From Octopus sinensis (lineage: Eukaryota): a stretch of 64,000 bases of DNA. Numbering within the stretch: position 1 is the stretch's first letter; every line of letters begins with the position of its first letter. The translations under genes were made by a program, and so were the position numbers. Shown piece by piece: positions 53,923 through 64,000 of this stretch. The notes under the pieces are model-generated. The model was not told where the DNA came from and ran no database searches. It was given only the letters and a program-made list of their open reading frames with translations. Location of the stretch: assembly GCF_006345805.1 (NCBI RefSeq), contig NC_043014.1, positions 41,540,001 through 41,604,000 of the forward strand, given 5' to 3'.

Positions 53923-53960
53923 CTGTTACTCGGAGTTTCACGTTCCCGTTCGTCGGACAG
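53923..53960 (-). ncRNA. Type-I hammerhead ribozyme motif (U4C core variant)
   Basis: Minus: CUGU-CCGACGA-ACG(GGAA)CGU-GAAA-CUCCGAG-UA|ACAG; cleavage predicted between plus 53927/53926. Confidence 0.6.
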
Positions 53961-53992
53961 TTTTGTTAAAATTTTGTTAAAATTTACCAAAA

Positions 53993-54030
53993 CTGTCCGA
54001 CGAACGGGAACGTGAAACTCTGAGTAACAG
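53993..54030 (+). ncRNA. Type-I hammerhead ribozyme motif (U4C core variant)
   Basis: CUGU-CCGACGA-ACG(GGAA)CGU-GAAA-CUCUGAG-UA|ACAG; stem I extends (CAAAACUGU/ACAG-G-UUUUG); GUA cleavage after 54026. Confidence 0.6.
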
Positions 54031-54062
54031 GTTTTGTTGAATTTCTGCTGCTTCTAAATAAA

Positions 54063-54103
<41 letters not shown>

Positions 54104-54782
54104 ATTGCGATAATTTGATAGTTACACACACCCAATATACACGCGCGCGCGCATTTCAGCGTAAACCATATCAAACGATTTTTAATTAAATATATACGAC
54201 GGTTCTTCATTGGACATAAAATCTTCTTGAAAGCGGGCATGAAATAGTATTGTAATATTTAATAATATCACCATAAGAACTTTATTGTGTGTACTGAGCG
54301 AGCTAAGGCAAGAACCTGGTGTCCAGTCTTAATAGATTTAATTGTTCGATTGTACAATAACAGAAAACTCTACGAACATGTTACATCGTTCTTCATAAGA
54401 CAAGCACATTAATTCAGCGACGAATGGAAGCCTGACTTTTATCTAATAATCTACGTCCACAGTTTAATTCAACGTAGGTCGTTTAACATCCACCGTTAAA
54501 ATTATCATTCTTTTTCCATAAACTCAACAAAGTCGTTTAGCCCGTGATATAATGCCACCGTTTACGACGTCATCTTGCTATAAACTATTGATTTTGTAAA
54601 TATGATCTCGCCATCGATGGTTATCAAACTGAGTTTTAATTGGTAGTCTTTGTCGTAACTACTGATTAAACCGAAACATAATTATTTCTGGTTGGAAAGC
54701 GCTTAAAATATGCAGTAATCTTCTCGTAAAAAGTTAGCAACCTCTTTTGCCGTTACGTTTGTATGTCACATGATAGAATTAC

Positions 54783-54938
54783 TATTTCTTTTACTACCCA
54801 CAAAGGGCTAAACACAGAGGGGACAAACGGATTAAGTCAATTATATTGACCCCAGTGCGTAACTGGTACTTATTTAATCGACCCCGAAAGGATGAAAGGC
54901 AAAGTCGACCTCGGCGGAATTTGAACTCAGAACGTAAC
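54783..54938 (-). mobile_element. 5'-truncated SINE D
   Basis: B box, Meta-like block, tail. Confidence 0.8.
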
Positions 54939-55051
54939 CATCTAAACTGACCTTCAGATTTCTAAACACTGTGAAATGCTTTAATGTGGTAACAGCTAGA
55001 TGTTTTTGCTTATTGTTTATTGAAATCTAGAGTATATAATCCACTATACCG

Positions 55052-55123
55052 CACCATGTGGTCTAGTGTTTAGGATTCTGCGCTCTCACCGCGGCGGCAG
55101 AAGTTCGATTCCCAGCTTGGGAA
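55052..55123 (+). pseudogene. tRNA-Glu(CTC) pseudogene
   Basis: CACCATGTGGTCTAGTGTTTAGGATTCTGCGCTCTCACCGCGGCGGCAGAAGTTCGATTCCCAGCTTGGGAA closely follows canonical metazoan tRNA-Glu(CTC); acceptor stem has 3 mismatches; the D-loop GG is mutated. Confidence 0.75.
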
Positions 55124-55131
55124 ATTATTAA

Positions 55132-55513
55132 GTGGAGGCGCTACGGCCCAGTGGTTAGGGCAGCGGATTCGCGGTCATGGGATCGCGGTTTCAATTCCCA
55201 GACCGGGCGTTGTGGGTGTGTTATTGAGCGAAAATACCTAAAGCTCCACGAGGCTCCGGCAAGGGGTGGTGGCGGACCCTGTTGTATTCTCTCACCACAA
55301 CGTTCTCTCACTCTTTCTTCCTGTTTCTGTTGTACCTGTATTTCAAAGGGCCAGCCTTGTCACACTCTGTGTGACGCTGAATCTCCCCGAGAGCTACGTT
55401 CAGGGTACACGTGTCTGTGGAATGCTTAGCCACTCGCACGTTAATTTCACGAGCAGGCTGTTCCGTTGATCGGATCAACTGGAACCCTCGTCATCGTAAC
55501 CGACGGAGTGCCA
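55132..55513 (+). mobile_element. SINE head A + tail 1
   Basis: Full copy; tail-only homologue at 56370-56500. Confidence 0.85.
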
Positions 55514-56792
55514 CGATGTAATCCACTGGTAGGTGAAAATGCATAAATAGATAGAAGGCAATAAGATATAAGCAAAAAGACAACGTGAGAGATAACAACG
55601 GGAAGGAAATAAATTCGAAAAGCGTAGTCAAAATATGTAAGCACTATTTTGCGTTTCCTCGAAAACTAATAAAAGTACTTGATTTCAGCCATACATATTT
55701 TAGGTGCATATTGTGTGCGTGTATGTGTGTGTGTGAATGTGTGTGTAGATAAATGTGAGTATGTTACATAAATACCTTTCTGTAATATATAATTTGTATT
55801 TACTCTACGTCATGTGTCGATAACTCTGTGCAGCTCAGTAGAAGAACGCAGGTGGCACAGAGACTTGTACCAAGGGGTAACGCACTGTAACGCAATACCA
55901 TCCGCTATCGTACGAGTAACTGGTTCTCTTGCTATCAAGCACTAATTTGCATGCGCACGAGGTTGTTAATTTGCACTTAGGCTCCTGGAGATACATGTTA
56001 TTGTTTTCTAATGAACTGCTGTTCACTCAGTTTAGCTCACGTTTAGCCCCCTTGAAGCAGATTTATGAATCGTATATAAGGACAATCCATCCTTTGGCGT
56101 TTCGTCTTTTTCCATCAAGAATTTCATTGTTCAGTGTGCACTTGGTGTGTTTAGACGTTAAGCATAACTAAGTTTCTTTTATTAGATTATCGAGATTTCT
56201 GCCTATACCATCTATCTTTCTATTGCCTTACAGTTCTATATTTAAGAGATGAGGAATTATGTACATTATTTACATTATTTACATTCGACGGATATTTGTC
56301 TTCATCTTGTTTGATGTTAACACTTTGTGTTCACAACAATCAAGATAAGGACAAATATCCGTAAGAATCTCCCCGAGAGTTAAGATAAGGGTACACGTGT
56401 CTGTGGAATGCTCAGCCACTTACACGTTAATTTCACGAGCATGCTGTTCTGTTGATCGGATCAACTGGAACCCTCGTCGTCGTAAGCGACGGAATGCCAC
56501 GATGTAATCCACTATTTTCAAAATTACACAAGTGATGGAAACAGTTGTGAACTAGTATTTCCTGTATTATTTTCTGTATCATTCTCTTATCAGTGATGTA
56601 CAGTACGGATACCATAGAGGTAGCTCTAGGGGAGACATTGTTTCTAATTCTTGAGAACTACAAAATATTTATGTTGTTGTACGTGACAATATTGATATTG
56701 ATCCTCCTGCAGAAGAGGAGATCGCTGGTTTCTGACCTCTGAGATTTCAAGTCTCTTAGACCCTGCCCACTTGATGCACCTGTCCTCATATA

Positions 56793-56950
56793 TGAGGGGT
56801 TGTTGAAAAGTTCCTGGCTTTAAGGATGTCGCGAAATGCATGGTTGGAGGCCCAAACTGCTTAGAAAAACTGAAGGACCGCTGCAATAAGTGCGTGACTC
56901 TGAGAAAGGAATATGTTGAATAAAATCATAATTAACTGATACTCCTGTAA
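56793..56950 (+). mobile_element. Mariner-derived MITE, partial
   Basis: TA|TGAGGGGTTGTTGAAAAGTTCCTGGCT TIR; encodes LEKLKDRCNKCVTLRKEYVE* (mariner C-terminus). Confidence 0.7.
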
Positions 56951-57737
56951 AAATATTGATCCTCCTGCAAAACCTTCGACCGTAACCAACGTGGGAACTT
57001 CGTATCAAAGCTTCTCATTTCTTCTACCGTAAGGTTTCTCTTAAACAACCATTTCTGAAGATCATTACCAACTACAGTTTCTAACGCCAACTTTTAATTA
57101 TCCTCACCTGAAACACTTGGTTCCGTCCCTAAATGATTTATTTGATAATACTTTCAATCACAAAACACACACACACACACATATACTGATGATATCATCT
57201 TTCACTACTGATTCACATACTTATTAAGCACATGGTAACGACAGAATGTTTGGTACCGCTCATCAGAAATCTGTTCAGTTCATGATCTGAGACATCAGTA
57301 ACAATCTTCGTAGGGAAATATAATTACTCTAGTCTTCAAAGAGCAAATATTCCCTGCAACACACGAAAAAATAATTCTTTGATTCCATCTTTACTACGAA
57401 TGAACATCAAGCAAATAAAATCTTTGAAGTTGCTGAAAATGCCGGGTCTCACAAACATAGGTGATCTCCCATGAAGATTTCACATACAGGACCTTGAGTT
57501 ATGAGCTATATATCCCAAAGACTAGGTTCTGATTTATTGATAGCCATCTACAACTTTGCAAAGCCAGTGGGCTGACTAACAAAGATCCACCCATGAACAC
57601 ATAATTACATATTCATTTATAGACGCACAGTGTACAACACTTGGCTTAATGACGTGTTTTGTCTTATTTCAGCCTCTTCTTTTCACATTGCGCCAGTTTC
57701 TGACCTCAAGTCTCTTTGACCCTGCCCACTTGATGCA

Positions 57738-58343
57738 CGAGAAGTTGCTGAAAAGTTCCTGGCTTTAAGGTTTTTTACAGGGCTTAGAAAAACTGAAGGA
57801 CCGCTGCAATAAGTGTGTGACTCTGAGAAAGGAATACTCTCTTTTTTCTTTTTACTCTTTTTACTTGTTTCAGCCATTTGACTGCGGCCATGCTGGAGCA
57901 CCGCCTTTAGTCGAGCAAATCGACCCCGGGACTTATTCTTTGTAAGCCCAGTACTTATTCTATCGGTCTCTTTTGCCGAACCGCTAAGTGACGGGGACGT
58001 AAACACACCAGCATCGGTTGTCAAGCAATGCTAGGGGAACAAACACAGACACACAAACATATTGACACACACTTATATATATACATATATACGACAGGCT
58101 TCTTTCAGTTTCCGTCTACCAAATCCACTCACAAGGCATTGGTCGGCCCGGGGCTATAGCAGAAGACACTTGCCCAAGATGCCACGCAGTGGGACTGAAC
58201 CCGGAACCATGTGGTTGGTTAGCAAGCTACTTACCAAACAGCCACTCCTGCGCCTATGTTGAATATGTTGAATAAAATCATAATTAACTAATCATCCTGT
58301 ATTATCTTTTATCCAGGCAGCAAATTTTCAGCATCCCCTAGTA
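57738..58343 (+). mobile_element. Mariner-derived MITE interrupted by SINE B (57837-58257, minus strand)
   Basis: The MITE resumes at 58258 and ends TTTTCAGCATCCCCTAG|TA-like. Confidence 0.75.
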
Positions 58344-59594
58344 CGCGTTCTATTTCTGTAGCCTATCATTAGAAAGATCCCATACTAAATATTTTCCTTT
58401 ATCCATTCTCCAAGGAAATGTCAATCATCTAAAATTCCTTCCCTACATACATTTTCCTCCCACCCTACCCCACAGTTATTGAACTACAGAAATTAAAGCC
58501 GACCGGCGAAAGGCGTGTATTTCTGAAGATCGGAGAAAGCTGCCTTTTGGAGTAAATAGTGAACGAAAACATAGCTAATGATTAAGCATTGTCCACCGAT
58601 AGAAGTAAGATCACTGTATAAGTTATTGGACTCTGTTCCAGTCTGTACATATTGTTTCCACACAATATCCCTGACAGAGGAAACTAAAGCCTCTACTGAA
58701 TCGCAAGGTTTTGAGAAAATATCCTGACGAGAAAATAGGTTACAGAACTCAGTATATTAAACATGTAAGGCTCTCCAAACACAATAACAAACTAACGTGA
58801 GCATATTGATAACTAAATCATTGATATGAAAATAGCTACTAATACAATATATACCAACAACACAGGCACACATACATTGATTTGTGTAATGAGTTGGAGA
58901 ACCACGGCGAAATAAAGCGAGATAAACTCTACAAATATGAACTTAGTCACAGAGGATATATATACAAAGAACAGGATCCACCTTTTGCATAAAACCAATA
59001 ACGTGGAACATTAAATGTTACTTTTTTCGTGATTTCATTATTTTTAATAAAGTGAAACAAAATCCTGTATTGCAATCAATGGAAAAAAGATTTGAACGGC
59101 ATGACAATGAAATCGTTAGACAAAAGATTCAAAACAATGTGTACTTCCGCTCTAGGGAACTAATGAAAAGCGAATGAATCTATTGTTCGTACAGTCATAA
59201 AGGATAACAATTGTATTCAAACAGAAACTATCAACAATGGACTTCATTGCCTGATTAAGTTTCCTCTATTATTTTCAATTGAACTACCACTGTATAAATT
59301 TGCCATTCGAATTTATTTTCAATCTTAATGTGATAGAAAAGCATTTCATCTGCTATATTCGTCTGTTATATATCGACGGCATACATATGTTCGACGCTAC
59401 ATTTAGGTACAACAACATCGAACCAAAATACGTTGTGACATAATTGATATCCATGTGAGTGATGTCGAACATTTTAGCCCAGCTGAATTAAATTAGTTTT
59501 AGATATATTTCCTGCTACATTTTCTTCTTATTCATTATTATTTATTTATCTATTTATTATTATTATTATTATTTCTGTTGTTATTATTATTATT

Positions 59595-59644
<50 letters not shown>

Positions 59645-59729
59645 TATTATTATTATTATTACTATTATTATTACAAAATTACACGCGTCGATTTCATTAG
59701 CCTGCGCGTGTTTCTAAGGATCGGAGAAA

Positions 59730-59766
59730 TATAATAATAATAATAATATTAATAATAATAATAACA

Positions 59767-59799
<33 letters not shown>

Positions 59800-59845
59800 G
59801 TTGTTGTTGTTGTTGTTTTTATTATTATTATTACTATTATTATTA

Positions 59846-59942
<97 letters not shown>

Positions 59943-59948
59943 CATCAT
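59730..59948. repeat. (ATT/ATC)n tract, the tail of the adjacent LINE
   Basis: Direct reading. Confidence 0.9.
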
Positions 59949-60890
59949 ATGTTTGACTTTTTCTTTGTATTTGTACAAGTTGGCTCTAAGTCTCACCTAT
60001 TGACCCCAAGAGAGAGTAAGTTAGAAGTTCAAGTTGGGGTTATGCCTAGGGTGTCATATATTTGGTTTTGCACATTGTATTGTTCTAGAGAATGTTTAAG
60101 AAACAAGAAAATCATAATTTTTTTAAAAATTGAGATTACATAGACAGAATTTTAGGTAGGATATGGGCAGTTCCCATGAGCACTAACTTTTAATTTTCTG
60201 CCATTTTGGGGTTTCCTGATAACTGAGGTAGATAGGAGTCAGCCCATTTTGCTATCATTCCTAGGGCACCTATGACAACAGATATTGTTTTAGTCTTGAG
60301 GTTCCACATTTTGCCAATTTCTATTTCAAGATCTTTATACTTGCTCAGTTTTTGGGAGGTCTTGACAGATACATTTATGTCGATTGGGACTATCATATCA
60401 ATGAGGAGGCATGATTTTTGTCTGAAGTCTTTCAATATGTTGTCTGGCCTATTTGCATCTATTTTTCTGTCAGTTTGAAAGGTGAGGTTCCAGAGGAGTG
60501 AGATGTGATTGTTTTCAAGCACTGGAGATGGTTTGTGTTCTCAGCAGTTTTTATTATGGGACAGGTTCAGGTTTCTGAAAATTATCCAGTACATATAATG
60601 TGCTGTTCTATCATACCTGTTAAGATACCCTATAGGCGCAAGAAGACTGCATGGAGACAACATGATCAATGGTCTCATTTTGTTGTTACATACACAACAT
60701 GTTGGGCATCTGCCGTTCTTTAATATGTTGGCCTCGTAGATTCTTGTAGGTAGGCATTGATCTTGGGCTGTTATGATAAACCTTCTATTTCTGATTTTAA
60801 GCCAGAAGACATTAACCCTTGATAGGTAAGGGCTTTGTCAATATTCGCATTTTTAGCTCTCTTTGGGTATTTGTCATTGAGAGTTAAGCA
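59949..60890 (-). mobile_element. 5'-truncated R4/Dong-type LINE, second subfamily
   Basis: Minus translation: EG..TAQDQCLPTR..CPTCCVCNN..ETIDHVVS.C, LLWNLTFQTDRKIDANRPD..LIDMIVP..KYKDL..MGTAHIL, stop at ~60136; (TAA)n tail; several frameshifts. Confidence 0.85.
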
Positions 60891-60900
60891 TATATATACA

Positions 60901-60992
60901 TACTCTCTCTTTTACTCTTTTACTCTTTTACTTGTTTCAGTCATTTGACTGCGGCCATGCTGGAGCACCGCCTTCAGTCGTGCAAATCGACC
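60901..60992 (-). mobile_element. SINE B tail fragment
   Basis: (AAAAGAGT)n tail and GGTGCTCCAGCATGG. Confidence 0.7.
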
Positions 60993-60993
60993 C

Positions 60994-61025
<32 letters not shown>

Positions 61026-61037
61026 TTATATACATGC

Positions 61038-61120
<83 letters not shown>

Positions 61121-61692
61121 TGAGTATGCGTGTGTGTGTTCTCGCGCATGCGTACTCCCCGAGTGGTGTGGTGATTTTCTTGTTGGTGGGTATGCACAAG
61201 TAAAACTTCGAATTTGACAAACATTACTAGCGTGTTTGCGTCAACAACCAGTCATTGACCTCTTTTCTCTCTCCCTTTCACCCAACCCCCAACCATCACC
61301 ACCACTATCGCCTCCTTTTCACTCACCCCCCTCCTTCGCCTCAACCGACCGCAGTTACGTTTCGTGTAATTAAAATTCTAGGCTCAAGTGTGAGATAACC
61401 GGAAAGCTAAACCAAATGGTGGCAACGTATAAGGATCCGCGCGATTAAATCAGTCATCGTGAAGATGGTAAGATAAGAAACGACGTAGTGAGGCAGTCAA
61501 TTAAATATTCGAAGGGAAATTCATTCTACTTGACACCTTCCCCTTTAATTACCTGTGTGAAAAACTTGCTAAGGAAATGGTGTTTCACACACAGAGAAGT
61601 TCCGAAACTCGCACACACACACATAGGCGGATGTGTATATACATGCGCGCACGTATGCCCTTACATACTCACACACACACACACACACACAC

Positions 61693-61766
<74 letters not shown>

Positions 61767-61787
61767 AAGAGGTATATATATGTGTGT

Positions 61788-61839
<52 letters not shown>

Positions 61840-62159
61840 ATATACACACACACATTCACACAAAATTATATATATATATAGAGAGAGGTATATATATATG
61901 TATAGGTACCTGTATATATATATAAAAAGGTATATAATAAACACATCAACACAGATTATATTCAGCACTTACAGAATCAAACGATCACACACACAGACCA
62001 CACATACACAGACATACAGAAGCAAGCACACACACATACACAAGCACACACACATATACACACACACACCACACACACGAATGTACATTTGTATAAGTAT
62101 ATACATGATACACACACGAATAGTTTAACGCATGTATGCGCTCATAGGCCTCTTCACAA

Positions 62160-62209
<50 letters not shown>

Positions 62210-62495
62210 CTCATTACACATACATGTGTACATACATTCATATATATATATATATGAATGTATATACGCACACACGCACAACGACGCACATACACACACA
62301 CAGACACACACACACAAGCTCACACACAATTACAAAAAAGCTACTAAAAGGTTCATGCTTTAATTTACATCAAATTGTTCGATGTAAATAACATGCCATT
62401 TATCGCCCAAGCAGTTTTTCAGGCTCAGTTCTTAACGTTAGATGTATTTAAAACACAGGCCGATGGTTTTTGAGAAAACATTTAGAAAAAAACCA

Positions 62496-62727
62496 GGCGG
62501 CGAGCTGGCAGAAACGTTAGCACGCCGGGCGAAATGCGTAGCCGTATTTCGTCTGCCGCTACGTTCTGAGTTCAAATTCCGCCGAGGTCGACTTTGCCTT
62601 TCATCCCTTTCGGGGTCGGTAAATTAAGTACCAGTTGCGTACTGGGGTCGATCTAATCGACTTAATCCGTTTGTCTGTCCTTGTTTGTCCCTTCTGTGTG
62701 TAGCCCCCTGTGGGTAATAAAGAAATA
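62496..62727 (+). mobile_element. SINE D
   Basis: Full copy. Confidence 0.9.
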
Positions 62728-63000
62728 AGAAAAAAACAAGAAGTTTGATGCAAAATAGAAACGAGGAAAAAAAAAAAAAAAAAAACAGGGAAAATGAAGA
62801 TCTTCGTCCTCTTTGACTGTAGAAATGATAATTAATGTAGCTGGTACGAAATAGTCCGTATCAGACAGTGAACGAAACGAAGGAATAACAAGAATATACT
62901 AGACACACACTCACACTCTTAGACGGCCCCAACGACACACATAATATCCTCAAACTATGCGTGTGATTGTGTGTGCGTGTTTGTATATGTATTTATAAAG

Positions 63001-63232
63001 GGCGGCGAGCTGGCAGAAACGTTAGCACGCCGGGCGAAATGCGTAGCCGTATTTCGTCTGCCGCTACGTTATGAGTTCAAATTCCGCCGAGGTCGACTTT
63101 GCCTTTCATCCTTTCGGGGGTCGATAAATAAGGTACCAGTTACGCAAAGGGGTCGATGTAATCGACTTAATCCATTCGTCTGTCCTTGTTCGTCCCCTCT
63201 GTGTGTAGCCCCTTGTGGGTAGTAAAGAAATT
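63001..63232 (+). mobile_element. SINE D with 13-bp TSD
   Basis: TATATGTATTTAT at 62984-62996 and 63233-63245. Confidence 0.9.
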
Positions 63233-63428
63233 TATATGTATTTATTGGTGTGTGCACGCAGGTTTCTTTGGCCTTTGTTACCATCGTTAGATCATTGTCC
63301 AGATTCTTGCTTCAAGTGTCTCACTGCATCCTTGAGCAAGACACTTCTTTTCTGTTTCTTTCCGTCCTATCAGCTAAAAATATGCACCAACGATAGCTGG
63401 GGTACAAGGCCCACCTTGCATCTGAGCT

Positions 63429-63715
63429 GTGTAGGCACATGGTCTAGTGGTTAGAGGGATCGCGGGTTCGAATCTCAGTCCGGGCGATGTGTGTGTGTTT
63501 ATGAGCGAAAACACCTAAGCTCCACGCGTCTCCGGCAGAAGGTAATGGCGAACTTCTGCTGACTCTTTCGCCACAACATTTTCTCACTCTTTCCTCCTGC
63601 ATCTTGCAGCTCACCTGCGACGGACCGGCGTCCCGTCCAGGCGGGGAACCTATACGCCAAAGAAACCGGGAAAACCGGCCCTTATGAGCCAGGCATGGCT
63701 CGAGAAGGAACAACA
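63429..63715 (+). mobile_element. SINE head A + tail 2
   Basis: Homologous to 10259-10566. Confidence 0.9.
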
Positions 63716-64000
63716 CGTATTAAGAAATGATATCAAAGAACCTACCTGCCCAATAAGTCTAAGAATGGGAAATGAATGCTGACTCTTTCGCCACCACTTT
63801 CTCTCACTTTTTCCTCCTGCATCTTGCAGCTCACCTGCGACGGACCGGCGTCCCGTCCAGGTGGGGAACCTATACGCCAAGAAACCGGGAAACCGGCCCT
63901 TATGAGCCAGGCATGGCTCGAGAAGGAACAACACGTATTAAGAAATGATATCAAAGAACCTACCTGCCCAATAAGTCTAAGAATGGGAAATGAATGCTGA
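63557..64000 (+). repeat. ~219-bp tandem duplication of a SINE 3' part plus its flank
   Basis: TGCTGA recurs at 63557, 63777 and 63995; both units include ~65 bp of non-SINE flank. Confidence 0.9.

Larger units (their letters stand above)
53820..54063. mobile_element. Penelope-like terminal-repeat cassette with a 76-bp inverted repeat, in (TA)n
   Basis: 53890-53965 and 53988-54063 are reverse complements with 2 mismatches; 22-bp spacer; (TA)n on both sides. Confidence 0.75.

Noticed and set aside
58523-58545. CTGAAGA-TCGGA-GAAA
   Set aside because: Stem II would be 2 bp with a 1-nt loop, and there is no NUH/stem I.

Overview
AT-rich, microsatellite-saturated eukaryotic DNA with no recognisable host gene exon; it looks intergenic or deep-intronic. 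The repeat content (tRNA-derived SINEs with CORE-like and Meta-like central domains, R4/Dong LINEs in (TAA)n, Penelope-like elements, Helitrons, mariner, and huge (TA)n/(CA)n/(TATC)n/(CATA)n tracts) matches what I recall of Octopus genomes; this is an inference, not a database result. Almost every ORF in the supplied track is a microsatellite or SINE artefact. The only protein-like sequence is transposon-derived: two 5'-truncated R4/Dong-type LINEs (CCHC knuckle + restriction-like endonuclease), a degenerate Penelope-like GIY-YIG element and mariner remnants. About 45 SINE copies or fragments fall into head types that I label locally A, C (CORE-like), B (CORE-like with an internal microsatellite) and D (Meta-like). 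Most interesting signals: (i) several minimal type-I hammerhead ribozyme motifs, including a near-perfect palindromic twin-hammerhead cassette (53890-54063) and a hammerhead inside a 354-bp partially tandem, retrozyme-like unit (12134-12578); (ii) SINE-D concatemers that reuse one exact junction at the loop of a head hairpin at three independent loci; (iii) combinatorial head x tail shuffling among SINEs; (iv) an overlapping, opposed pair of CTCF-like motifs in unique DNA. Coordinates were read by hand; element edges without TSDs are approximate.
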